Positions 1 through 12,065 of a stretch of DNA of 64,000 nt are shown here, in pieces (position 1 is the stretch's first letter; every line of letters starts with the position of its first letter). Source of the stretch: Mobula hypostoma (Eukaryota); contig NC_086108.1 of the NCBI RefSeq assembly GCF_963921235.1, positions 44,332,001 through 44,396,000 of the forward strand, in the 5' to 3' direction. Made by a program: the position numbers and the translations under genes. The notes beneath the pieces are model-generated. The model worked only from the letters and a program-made list of their open reading frames with translations. It was not told where the DNA came from and searched no databases.

Positions 1-169
1 TTTAAAAAAAAACTTGCTATCTTCAACATGGTTTTTGTTTCCTAATTCACCATTCTAAATGTGAGTACTCTTCTGAATTGTGCCATTCTGCAGTGGCGCT
101 TGTTAGGTGTTAAACTTAGTAATGATGCATTAACTCTTGTGTTTAGAACAATGGTGTATGTGCTTCCAG

Positions 170-375
170 GTATGATCCAGAAAAAGACCAGTGGGAGTTT
201 GTGGCTCCAATGTCAACCAGTAGAATTGGTGTCGGTGTTGCAATTGTAAATCGCCTTCTATACGCTGTCGGTGGCTTCGATGGAATAAATCGCCTTAGTT
301 CGGCAGAATGCTATCATCCTGAAGATAATAGGTGGACCACCATTGCATCAATGAACTCTGTTAGGAGTGGAGCAG
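170..375 (+). CDS. KEAP1: KEAP1-family Kelch-domain exon (equivalent to human exon 4)
   Basis: cttccag|G acceptor and GCAG|gtgagc donor; 206 bp; translates (R)[68 protein letters not shown](G), matching KEAP1 Kelch repeats. Confidence 0.96.
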
Positions 376-456
376 GTGAGCAAGTTGGAGGAAACTTGTC
401 AACACTGGCAGGGACTGAAGGACCTAGGGATGCATGTCCATAGCTGACTGAAACTG

Positions 457-2177
457 GCAGCTCCGATGAATAGGGTAGTGAAGAAGGCATTTGGTATACT
501 TACCTTCACAGGCAGAGGCTTTCAGTATGGAAGTTGGGACATCATATTGCAATCAAAATATTGGTTAGGCTGTACTTGGACTGTCTCTGGTTGCCAGACT
601 TGGGGTAGAAGAGGTTAACTGCTATGTTCTGTGGAATGAAGGGTTATGGTTATAAGGAGAGTTTGAATTTATTCTCACTGGGATGTAGGAGGCTGAGAGA
701 CCCTTAGGAGACTGTAAGAGATTTATAAAATTGAATGGCACAGACAGAATAGATGATCAAAATTTTTTTCTCAAGGCAGTAGAGTTGAAAACTAGAGGGT
801 TCAGGTTTAAGACTAAAGGGGAGACATTTAAAAGAGATACAGACAAGTGTGAGGTATTGCACGTTGGAAGGACAAACCAAGGTAGAACATACAGGGTTAA
901 TGGTAAGGCACTGAGGAGTGCAGTAGAACAGAGGGATCTGGGAATACAGATACAAAATTCCCTAAAAGTGGCGTCACAGGTAGCTAGGGTTGTAAAGAGA
1001 GCTTTTGGTACATTGGCCTTTATTAATCAAAGTATTGAGTATAAGAGCTGGAATGTTATGATGAGGTTGTATAAGGCATTGGTGAGGCCAAATCTGGAGT
1101 ATTGTGTTCAGTTTTGGTCACCAAATTACAGGAAGGATATAAATAAGGTTGAAAGAGTGCAGAGAAGGTCTACAAGGATGTTGCTGGGACTTGAGAAACT
1201 CAGTTACAGAGAAAGGTTGAATAGGTTAGGACTTTATTCCCTGGAGCGTAGAAGATTGACAAAAATAAGTGGATATTAATAGGCATAAGCATGTTTACAA
1301 TAAAACAATAAGTGTTTTTTGATTTTACAAAATGCTTTTTTGAAGTTTGATGTCAATGTTTCCTGATCAGATAGTAACTGTAAGTGTTTAGCCCAGGAGC
1401 AGGCATTATACTTAATGACATAATTTTGCTCCCGTGTCTTGTGGTCTCACAGGATATGGTGAGAAGACAGGTGCATGGGGTGAAATGGGATCCAAGATCA
1501 GCCATGATGGAATGGCAGAGCAGACTTGATGGACTGATTAGCCTAATTCTGCTCCTATGTCTTGTGGTCTTAAGAATGAGGGGAGATTTGATAGAGGTAT
1601 ATAAAATTATGATGGGTATAGATAGAGTGAATGCAAGCAGGCTTTTTCCACTGAGGCAAGGGGAGAAAAAAACCAGAGGACATGGGTTAAGGGTGAGGGG
1701 GGAAAAGTTTAAAGGGAACATTAGTGGGGGCTTCTTCACACAGAGAGTGGTGGGAGTATGGAATGAGCTGCCAGACGAGGTGGTAAATGCGGGTTCTTTT
1801 TTAACATTTAAAAATAAATTGGACAGATACATGGATGGGAGGTGTATGGAGGGATATGGTCCGTGTGCAGGTCAGTGGGACTAGGCAGAAAATGGTTCGG
1901 CACAGCCAAGAACGGCCAAAAGGCCTGTTTCTGTGCTGTAGTTTTTCTATGATTTCTATGGTTTCTAGATCTGAGGGATAAGTTCACACACAGTGGTGAG
2001 TATCTAGAGTGAGCTGGCAGAGGTACATACAATTAAAGTATTTAAATATGATTTGGACAAGTACTTTAAATAGGAAAGGTGTAGAGGGACACTGGTCTAA
2101 TGGAACAAATGGAATCAGTGGTGATGGCCATCACAGTCAGTGTGGACCAAAAAGGGCATGTTTCTATGCTTTATGGT
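457..2177 (+). mobile_element. Nested CR1-type LINE fragments in a KEAP1 intron
   Basis: An older CR1 3' fragment (about 457-838, resuming at 1971) is split by a younger CR1 (839-1970; LYKALVRPNLEYCVQFWSP, RGDLIEVYKIM, (tttctatg)n tail) flanked by AGAT at 835-838 and 1967-1970. Confidence 0.88.
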
Positions 2178-2419
2178 TTAAAAATAGTAAATTAGTTATT
2201 TCATTATGATCTTTTGACTACAGTAGACAACTGCAGGAGTAGTTGGATTGAGAAAGGCATTTTACAATGCATATTTTGGATGTGCCCTGGCATTCAAACT
2301 TAAAAATAGTAAATTAGTTATTTCATTATGATCTATTGACTACAGTAGACAACTGCAGGAGTAGTTGGATTGAGAAAGGCATTTTACAATGCATATTTTG
2401 GATGTGCCCTGGCATTCAA
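2178..2419. repeat. Tandem duplication with 122-bp period
   Basis: ttaaaaatagtaaattag...ggcattcaa starts at 2178 and again at 2300, with one internal mismatch. Confidence 0.95.
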
Positions 2420-3734
2420 CCGTTTCAGTCAATTGTACGACACAGTGCCGGAAGTGTTTATCACTAGTTCACCGGGAGATTGAATCTGGAGGTTTAAAAC
2501 TGCAGCATCTTTTTCCTGGAGGCAAATAGGTGCACTTTTCGGCCCCCTTCCTCAGTGGCCCTGAATTTACAGCAGAACAAATGTGGGTAAAACACACTAG
2601 TCATGTGCCAATTGGAATAGATGATGTACTGTTTTTGCTTGGAACTTTGGAAGTTTAGGCAGTCTAGAGGCTTAGGAACATCCATGACTCAATCTATTCT
2701 TAGCATGCTGCACGCTTGGGATAAAGTGTAAGTCATTAGGGATTCCCTTCTTGATTCAGTTGGATTTGAAAGGCACTAACAAGTTACACAGACTCCAAAG
2801 CCTGGCATGGGTTTAAATATATTGTGTCACTTAATTCTCCTGGATGCTCACTAAAGTTACAAACTACCTGCCGCAGAATGCAAAATATATGACCTTTGAA
2901 TATTTCCTGTTTTTCTGAAATTGCATCAGATCTATACTAAGTTTGTGTTGCATTACTTGAATACAGTCAGATAGAGGAAGGAGATTTACAGTTATGCTTA
3001 CCTCTGAAATACTTTTAAGAAGACCAGATGACAAATCAATAGTTATCTGAACTTCTCAATAACTATTCATATGATGAGTTCAATAAAATGCATTCATTTC
3101 AATGTCTCACATGCAAAGATATGCAGAGATCAAGATCTCTTTTAATGCTTTCCCAGAGAAATTGAATAACCTGTTCTCTGCTCCTTGTATGGGCTGATAT
3201 ATGAAGGTATAGTTGGAGTGATTATCTACAGTACATGGAAGCATACATAGCTCAGCATCAGAGCATAAAAATACTTAAAAGCACGACTAAACCATTTGGG
3301 GTTTGAGTAATCTTTGCCTTGTCGTGCACAACTCCAGATTGCTTAGTTCCCTTTTATCTCAACCTATCCATTTATGTTTTGACTAGTGACTTGAGTCTCC
3401 ACCTCCCTCTTGAATAGATAATTCCAAAGATTTAAGCATTCTTCTCTTCTCAGTCCTGAATGCCTGACCTTATTTTGATATTGTGCCTCCTGGTTCTAGA
3501 AGAAGCAATATGTTATATCTAACATAACAAACCTCATAAGAGTACAATGTTTTACCAGTGTCACTTGGCATTTTTCTGAACTCTAGACAATAGAGTGTGC
3601 TTCATTTCTCCTTGTAAAATAACCCCATCACTACATGAAATCAGCATAAACCTATACCTTCAAAAGGGAAAAAGTGGGGAGCGGATAGAATTTGAACTGG
3701 GTCAAGATAAAGGACTTTGTCTGTTTCTGCGTAG

Positions 3735-3911
3735 GTATCTGTGCACTAAAAAATTCAATCTATGCAATCGGTGGATATGATGGTGTAAATCAGCTGAACA
3801 GTGTGGAGCGATATGATGTTGAATTGGACAAATGGACATGCTTAGTGCCAATGAAACACAAACGCAGTGCTCTTGGAGTAACTGTCTATCAGGGAAAAAT
3901 TTATGTACTTG
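3735..3911 (+). CDS. KEAP1: KEAP1-family Kelch-domain exon (equivalent to human exon 5)
   Basis: tgcgtag|GT acceptor and CTTG|gtaagt donor; 177 bp; phase-compatible with both neighbours; [59 protein letters not shown]. Confidence 0.96.
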
Positions 3912-5150
3912 GTAAGTTTCAATATTAAACCTCTTTGTTGCTTGGTTTTGGCAGACCTGGCTTAACTTGCAGTGGAATCATGCTTTGAGATTGAGTGCAT
4001 GTGCTTTTAAATAATTAATTTTCTATAAAATCCTACATTTGTTTTAAGAAATTTTGGCCCCTTCAATTGTTGGGAGATAAATTTTTATCTACATTGTTCA
4101 GTTCTTTCATATGCTTGAAATACTTTTATTTTATTCTCATTTCCTGATTTTTTAAAAACAATCTAATTATGAATTTGGGTTGAATCCTCTCTAAACCATT
4201 GTATATATTTAGCATATAGTACCCTGATACTTCATATTGGGTTTTAATTATTATTTTGAATGCTCATTATTAACTTTTTTGTGGATCTATTGAAGCACGT
4301 TACCTGGTTTACATTTCTTATAAACTTCCAGAATCTTATAGGTTTTCCTTCACAGCCTGATCAACATGTAGTACTGCCCTTTAATGTCCTGCTGAAATAT
4401 ATCACCAACCTCTCTGCTTTTCCATAGCAGTGAACCTTGTTCTATTTGGCATCTAATTACAGCCCATTTACTTCATCAAAATGTTTCCCTTGTTTACCAG
4501 ATTTTTGACATCCACTTAAATTTTACTTTCCCCAATATTTATCAATATCCTTTTACAGATTCTTTCGATTGAAGAATTTAGACAAACTTCCTATTTTTAA
4601 ATTAAATGAATACTTTTGCACCACTTCCTATTTGAAGTACAGTAAGCAGAAGTGATTTCCAGATCTGAACCCTGTGGGATACCACAAGGAACCTTCAACC
4701 AATTCAGAAAGTTTCTTTTCTCCATCTTCTTCTTTCTTTTCATGTCCACATCCCTCAACTCCAGTTCCATATCCACTAATATTTTCAAAATAACAGTTTG
4801 TATTTTGTTAAAAGAATTTTTATTATATCTTTGTCCATTGAACTCTATTCATCTGCAATGTACTTGCACTTCTGGATTGCCTTTCATGGCTTATGTTTTC
4901 TGAAATGTAGTTGTGACAACCAAATTCCTCTGATCCAATATTGGTAGAATAATTTTAAGTGCCCAATAAATAAATATGGATGCTCATACCTTCCAGGTGA
5001 GGCACTGCTTCACCTGTAAGTCTATCAGGGTTACTTTCTGCATCCGTTGCTCTTGATGCAGTCTCTTCTACATTGGTGAGATCCAACACAGATTGGCAGA
5101 CAGCTTGGTCGAGCAACTTTGTAAGAGAAAGGATCCTGGTGGCCCCCATT

Positions 5151-5674
5151 TGGGTGTCATTGCTACTCCAGATCTGATACGGCACAAAAAAAAAACACAA
5201 GATTAAGAACACAATTTAAAAACACAGTAAATATATATTGATTATATCCATAAAGTGACACTAGGCACAGGAGTGTCTGTATGTGAGGTGACTGACAGGA
5301 AATGTTAAAGTGGTGTTTGGGGTTGAGTTAGCCGGTGAAGCTGTTGATCAGCCTTGCTGTTTGGGGAGAGTAACTGTTTTTGGGTTTGGTGGTCCTGGCT
5401 TGGATGCTACCTCCTCTCTGCTAGGTTTTGGACAGACAGTCCATAAGCAGGGTGGTTAGCATCTTTCATGATGTTACCGGCCCTTTTCTGGCACTTCCTT
5501 TATATATGCTCTTGATGGTGGGTAGGCTGGTGCCGGTGATGCATTGGGCAGTTTTGACTACCCATTGTAGAGCCTTCCTGTCTGCCACAGTGCAGTTTCT
5601 GTTCCATGAGTGATGCAGCTTGTTAGGACGGTCTCCACTGCACCTCTCTAAAATGACATGCATGAGTATAGATG
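5151..5674 (-). mobile_element. Rex1/Babar-like LINE 3' fragment
   Basis: Minus-strand translation SWNRNCTVADRKALQWVVKTAQCITGTSLP is typical of the Rex-like ORF C-terminus. Confidence 0.75.
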
Positions 5675-5786
5675 TTTCAGTTCCACTTCCCTTTCCCACA
5701 CCTACACACCTGCCCACACCCTTCTCAACTGCCATAATGAAGCCACATGCAAACTGGAGGGTTAACTCCTCATTCTGTCCCTAGGT

Positions 5787-5867
5787 CAGGGGTTCCAAAC
5801 CTTTTTTTATGGCATGGAGCCTTACTATTAACCAAGGGTCTGTGGGGCCCCAAGTTGGGAACCCCTG
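5787..5867. mobile_element. 81-bp hAT-like MITE
   Basis: TIRs caggggttccaaac / gttgggaacccctg; degenerate 8-bp TSD ccctaggt / gtctaagt; related copy at 53942-54013. Confidence 0.75.
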
Positions 5868-6272
5868 GTCTAAGTAGTGTCCAACCCAATGGCATGAACA
5901 TTGGTTTTTCTAACTTCTCCACATTTCCTGCTCTCTTCCTTTGTTTTCTGTCATTCTGATGGTTCTCTTACCCACTTCCCCTGGCCTCATTACCAGCCCA
6001 TCATCTCCCTCTGGTTTCCCAAGCCCAGAGTAACAATCTTCCGCCTATAATCTTCCTTTTAACATCATTCCCTTTCATTTCTTCCCCCCCCCTTCCCCAC
6101 CTGCCTACTTTCCCTATCATGTGCTCCACCCCCCCCCCCACTTTTTTTATTCTGGCTTCTGACCTCTTCCAGTCCCGATGAAGGGTCTTGGCCTGAAATA
6201 CTGATTGTTCATTTTGCCCCATTGATGCTGCCTGCCCTATTGAGTTCCTCCAGCATCTTGTGATTGTTGCTC

Positions 6273-6705
6273 TGGGCTTGTATTCACTGAAATTCAGAAG
6301 AATGTTGGGGGGGGGGTGGAATCTCATTGAAACCTATTGAATGTTGAAAGGCTTTGATAGAGTAGATTTGGAGAAGATGTTTGCCATGGAGAGGGAGTCT
6401 AAGACCAGAGGATATAGCTTCAGCATAGAGGGACATCTGTTTAGAATGGAGATGAGGAGGAATTTCTGTAGCCAGAGAGTAGTGAATCTGTGGAATTTGT
6501 TGCCACAGACTGCTTTGGAGGCCAAGTCAATGGGTATGTTTAAGGCAGAGGTTGATAGATTCTTGATTAGTATTGGCATGAAGGGATATGGAGAGAAGGC
6601 GGGAGATTGGGGCTGAGAGTGAAATGGGTCTGCCATCAGGAAGTGGCGGTGCAAACTCAATGGGCCAAATGGCCTAATTCTGTTACTATATCTTATGGTT
6701 TATTA
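6273..6705 (+). mobile_element. CR1-type LINE 3' fragment
   Basis: MLKGFDRVDLEKMF...RRNFCSQRVVNLWNLLPQ followed by a CR1 3' UTR. Confidence 0.85.
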
Positions 6706-7135
6706 TGTTCACCTTGAGCAAGTAACTAGTCATAGTTTAACATCTAAACAAACAGAAGGTTCTTTCTACACTTTCAATCCTCCCTTCCCAGACTGAACTG
6801 ATGTGTCTGTCTTGTCTATGTTTGCAAGTCTCAGGAATGGGCCTTGACCCATGGACTTTGATTTATTCCCAATATTTGGACAAAGATGATCAAAATAAAT
6901 AACTGAATTCATTCTATCAAAATGAGTGTGACTAGTATTTGGATTCATGAGAAGAGCTTGCCAGCACTAAGCTATAGCAAGGTTTACAGGATTTACTTTG
7001 TGTACACACTCAATGAGGGAGCAGGCATTGAGATACTTGCAAGTCTTGACCCAACTTGAGAATAAAGACATAAGTTGCAGGGATGTTAAGTTTTAGTGAC
7101 TGTAATCTAAGTTTTAACTTAATATTTTTGCATAG

Positions 7136-7284
7136 GTGGCTATGATGGACAAGATTTCCTCAGTAGTGTGGAGTGCTTCGACCCGGACACTGGCCAATGG
7201 ACAGAAGTGACACAGATGACATCTGGGAGGAGTGGTGTTGGTGTTGCAGTCACAATAGAACCGTGTAATTTGTCTCGGTGCTGA
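7136..7284 (+). CDS. KEAP1: KEAP1-family terminal coding exon
   Basis: tttttgcatag|GT acceptor; [49 protein letters not shown] with TGA at 7282-7284; absent from the ORF track because it has no start codon. Confidence 0.95.
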
Positions 7285-8041
7285 TGTTCCAAATCTCTGG
7301 ATCAACCTCAATCTTAATAGTTCTCTCGGACTTTCTGATGTGATCATCCTTTTTTTAAAAAAACTTTACCAGCACTTTAGTGCAAATCCCATTTTCAAAT
7401 ATGGAGAGCTTTTTGCACTCGTTTTTTCTGTAAATCAGAAGAAAATTTATATTAAACTCTTGACAATTTGACATTTACTAACTAATAAGGAACATAAATT
7501 CTGAACCACACAAACAATCCAATTAGAAATCTTAATGAATACTTGTTAGATAATCACAGGTGGGTTTGTGTTGCAGGGCTTGTCTTGCTCACTAATCTGA
7601 AATCTACAGTGTTTATCACCTATTCCCAAAGACAATTTCCATGTTCTAATGAGGATGGCATCTTGTAACAATATGCTAATTACCTAAATTAATTAACTTT
7701 GATATTTGCAATTACCCACTTCTTGAACAGCATGCACTAAATAACCGTAATAGACGGGCATATGGTAGTAAATTAGAACAGGAGCCTGACTGCTCCATGT
7801 ATGAGTACAGAATCCAGGTCGGATTACATTAGCTGCACAGAGTTCGAGGAGGAGCAGGGGGATGGGCACTGGAGCGAACATCCATTTAAAAGATTTTCTC
7901 TTTGCTCGCTACATCTGGTTTCTCTTGCGCTCTGAGAAGGGGAAGTGTAATTTAACTGTGACTGTTTCCCAGTGCCATACCACTTTATTTTGCACTAGTA
8001 CTTGGGTAAAAACATCAAAATAATTGAATCCATTCTAGCAA

Positions 8042-8122
8042 AATAAACATCATTGACTTAATTTCTAAGACAGTATTTTTAATAAAATGTGTTCACTTTA
8101 ATAAAATATTGTATTTAATAAA
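8042..8122 (+). terminator. Cluster of polyadenylation signals ending the KEAP1 3' UTR
   Basis: Four AATAAA hexamers at 8042, 8081, 8100 and 8117, about 0.8 kb after the stop and followed by T/GT-rich sequence. Confidence 0.7.
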
Positions 8123-8652
8123 ATTCATTGTAATATTGTGAGTTCTTTTATTTCAGAGCATGTTCTTTTCCTGAGTATGACCAGAGTTGATTCTGTTCAG
8201 AGATCTAGATGATTTTGTTTTCATTATTTCCAGATTTAAGTGCAGAAAATGATGGTTGATTTTTACCTACTATTAATTTGTCAGAACTAGCATCGGGAAT
8301 ATTTGCATACTGAATGCCATGTTAGTTTTCAGGAGAATCTCATTAAACATTCTGACTTTAATTGTATTATCAATTGGCAAGTTAATGTATATATAAACAA
8401 CTTAATGCAGGTGAATGTGCTAACCCTCATAACAACTTTTTCCCTCTCCTGATTACCTTTAGCCCTTCCTGAGAGGAGAACTGACCTATTTCTGCCAGTT
8501 TTCACTGAGATTGGACTCTGATTAAGGATGAGGATCAAACTTAGGTCCTCTATTTGCACCAAACTTTAAAATTTTATAAAGCAAGGAAACCTAGGAAGTT
8601 AGATCTACAGATTTTGGTAACTTTATAGAAATGTGTAATTGAGTATCAAAAA

Positions 8653-9126
8653 TAGATGCAGAGGTGATAATAAAGGATGTTGCCTGGATTGGGGAGCACG
8701 CCTTATGAGAATAGGTTGAGTGAGCTTGGCCTTTTCTCCTTGGAGCGATGGAGGATGAGAGGTGACCTGATAGAGGTGTATAAGATGATGAGAGGCATTG
8801 ATTGTGTGGATAGTCAGAGGCTTTTTCCCAGGGCTGAAATGGTTGCCACAAGAGGGCACAGGTTTAAGGTGCTTGGGAGTAAGTACAGAGGAGATGTCAG
8901 GGTAAGTTATTCTTGCAGAGAATGGTGAATGCGTGGAATAGGCTGCTGGCAACAGTGGTGGAGGCAGATACGATAGGGTCTTTTAAGAGACTTTTGGATA
9001 GGTACATGGAGCTTAGAAAAATAGAGGGTTATGGGTAACCCTAGTAGTTTCTAAGGTAGGGACATGTTCAGCACAACTTTGTGGGCCGAAGGGCCTGTAT
9101 TGTGCTGTAGGTTTTCTATGTTTCTA
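8653..9126 (+). mobile_element. CR1-type LINE 3' fragment
   Basis: YENRLSELGLFSLERWRMRGDLIEVYKMMRG and ttttctatgtttcta tail; same subfamily as 40510-41453. Confidence 0.88.
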
Positions 9127-11659
9127 AACTTACAGAAAGTAGTAATTTGATGGTTTTAGATGTGCTAATTTCAAAGAAATGTCAGGATTAAGGAAAAGAC
9201 AATAAAAAGAGATTTGCTAATGGAGTTAGGATGAGAGGTTACAATCACAAATAAAGACCAGTGTACATAAGGCTGAGGAAAAATATCCAATGATGGTACT
9301 CACCCAGTTTAATCAGTTAAAGAAAGAAAGGAACAGTTTGATAGTTGGTAAGGAGTTAACCACAGGACAAAAATAACATTATCAAAATAAAAGGAGAAAG
9401 TTAAAGTGTGTTTTTATAGTTAGGATAAAGCATAGCAAACCACTATCAGAAATAATGGTGTGAGGAAATTCTATTATAGCCTTTTTTAAACTTGAAATGG
9501 AGAGGAGACAAGACTGTATGATTAATAGAACCAGCCATGCTGGAGTGAATTACTTCCCCTATAAAATATTTCTAGAGGATTCCCGTCTTCAGTTCCCTTC
9601 TGACTTTCACTTGAATCGTTTCTTAAGATGCAGCTTATGCTACAATAGTCAAAGGTTGATGTAAAGCTGCAATTAGCCCAATCAAAATAGATAACTACAA
9701 CACCCCTGCTTCTATTACTTGCTCCTTTTGATGATCTTTGTTTTAATACTTATACCCTTGTGCTTTCTGGAATTTTTTTTTATTGGTTGACTGTTATCTG
9801 CTTTACCCTGGTGATCTGTTGGCAGTGGCTTGCAATTTGTAATTACTTTGTAGCTCTGCTAATCCTGCTAACATGAGTGGTGCAATTGACTAATGTGGCC
9901 TTTGGAAAAGGAGTGGGAAATAAAACAAACTAGATGTTTGCAATCAAATAATTACTCCTGAAAGTAGGTGTCTAATGAATCCCAATTACAATGCTCTTTG
10001 TTAATTAACTTGCTGCTATTTGGCTTATACTTGGACATTATTTTTAAGGTGATCAGTGGAAAATATGGGGGGATTGTCAGCTCTTTTTACACAGTGTTAA
10101 GTGTGTGGAATGCACTGTCAGGGTTTGTGATCAAGGCAAATACATTAGAGACTGTAGGTTAGGTATATGGATGAAAGAGGTATGGGACTATGATGGAGGG
10201 ATGAATCAGATTGATCTTGGAGTAAGTTACAAGGCCATCACAGCAATGTGGGTGGAAGGATCTGTATTTATGTTCTATTCAATAAAAAGGAAACCTGAAT
10301 TATGGTCACTACTACAATACCCAACAGCTGTGGAAATGGACCTGCTTTCAAAACTGGGTGGGATGCAGAAGAGTCAGTAAGTTCCAGCAGACAAATAGAT
10401 AAACACACTTGATGAATGGCCTCAGCCTGAAATATTGATGTCAATTCCTCTCTATAGATGCTGCCTGACCTACTGAATTGCTCCAGCATTGTCTGTTACT
10501 CTGCATAAGCACAGAATCACCATCAGCACCAGAGCTTGCATTTATCCCATCAAGTGAAAATTGTATAGACTAATATGTGTTGTGCACATCAATCAAATTA
10601 CTTTTTCCAAAAAAAAAGTGGTTCTGTTGCATTAATAATCTGATCAAAATAAATCCCAGTTCAGTGGGTGCTTTGTAAATATACAGTCGTTCATTTGCAT
10701 TTTCACTTTTTTTTAAACTAGGATGTGTTTGCAGACCTTTGCTATTTTCTCAGGAGCCTGTGCTGCAATCACTTTTAAGAGCCATTTTCCATTAGTAGAA
10801 CATATCTACTCACCAGCAGCCCACACTCCCTGGTGAAATAGAGGGAGTCAGGTTATGGAGAAGGGGAGTCTAACATAAAGTATATTGTTGGAGCACAACA
10901 GTACCCACTGTTTTATGGGCATATGTGCAACATCACAACACAACGGAAGGATGTCAGGACTGAAAATCTTGAGTGGCTGGATTGCTGTCTCTGGCTGCAA
11001 AGGTGACAGGAGCTTTATATTTTCCACCTGTGGGCCGTTGTATGTTGATGTAGAATGTGTCCCCAGGGTCTCCCATTGAGCTGTCCGTGGCAGGATCAGG
11101 GAAGGTACAAGGGTAGCCAATGCAAAGAAAGGTAGAATCACCTTTCCTTCCTACCCACACCACCCCCAACCACAAATAGGGAACAGCAAGGGACACATGC
11201 ACTAGAGTTTTGAAATATGAACTTTATCCCTGTGCAAAGTGTGATTAAATTGCAACCTATCACATTAATGGTTTGAGAAAGACCTACGAAACTGTAAGCT
11301 GTTGCATCTCCCATATCTGTGGGTTGTGTGCAAAGTCATTTAAAAAAAAATAAATGTTCATGGTGCATACCAGAAACCCAAGGAAAGGGCAGGACTCATC
11401 TTGCTTCCATCAGCTGTGCGCGCAATATTTGAGCTACCCTGCCAGACCAATAGATGGTCGTTAGAGAAGATGTTCGATCCCCTTTGCACCTGCTGCCTCA
11501 TCCTACCAGAGCTGCACAAATAAGGAGGGGCACTCTTGCAGAGAGGGAAGTATATTCACACAAAGTATTGTAGATACCACCATCTTTAATTCAGTAGGAA
11601 GTAAAGGAACAAAAGTAGGCCTTTTGTGGCATTGCCTTAGAGATTCTTTGGGATCCTGA

Positions 11660-12065
11660 GTTGGATTATGAGTAAAGGCTGAGCAAACCAGGGCTTTTTG
11701 GAGCAATGGCAAATGAGAGGCAAGTTGATAGAAGTGTATAAGAGGCATAAAAAGACTGGGCAGTCATCATCTTTTTCCCAGTGCAGCAACAGCTCATACC
11801 AAAGGACATCCACTTAAGGTAAATGGAAGAAAGAGTATGGGAGATGTCAGAGATAGGCTTTTTACACAGAGAATACTGGGTGCAGGGAATACTGCTGAAG
11901 CTGGTGATAGAGGCAGATAGAATAGGGACATTGAAGAGATTTAGATAAGAACATGAATATAAAAAGAATGGAGGATATGAGCTATGTAGGAGGGAGGGCT
12001 AAGATTGATCATGTAGGTTAGCACAATATTGTGGCCCGAAAAGCCTGTACTGTTCGATGTCCTGT
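11660..12065 (+). mobile_element. Degenerate CR1 3' fragment
   Basis: Similar to the 8653-9126 copy (ttgatagaagtgtataag, gagatgtcagag, gaggcagata...ataggg, aagcctgtactgt). Confidence 0.65.

Larger units (their letters stand above)
4988..6272 (+). mobile_element. Decayed Penelope-like element (GIY-YIG end plus 3' region), interrupted twice
   Basis: Collinear with the 60599-61579 element (ttccaggtgaggca...tacattggtgaga...caacccaatggcatgaacatt...gatgaagggtcttggcctgaaa); interrupted at about 5151-5674 and 5787-5867. Confidence 0.8.

Noticed and set aside
376..443. C-terminal part of ORF 201..443 as KEAP1 coding sequence
   Set aside because: It reads through the canonical donor at 375/376, and Kelch similarity stops there
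731..1884. The longest ORFs (182 aa, 166 aa, 159 aa) as host genes
   Set aside because: They are chimeric reads across nested CR1 fragments or their antisense strand
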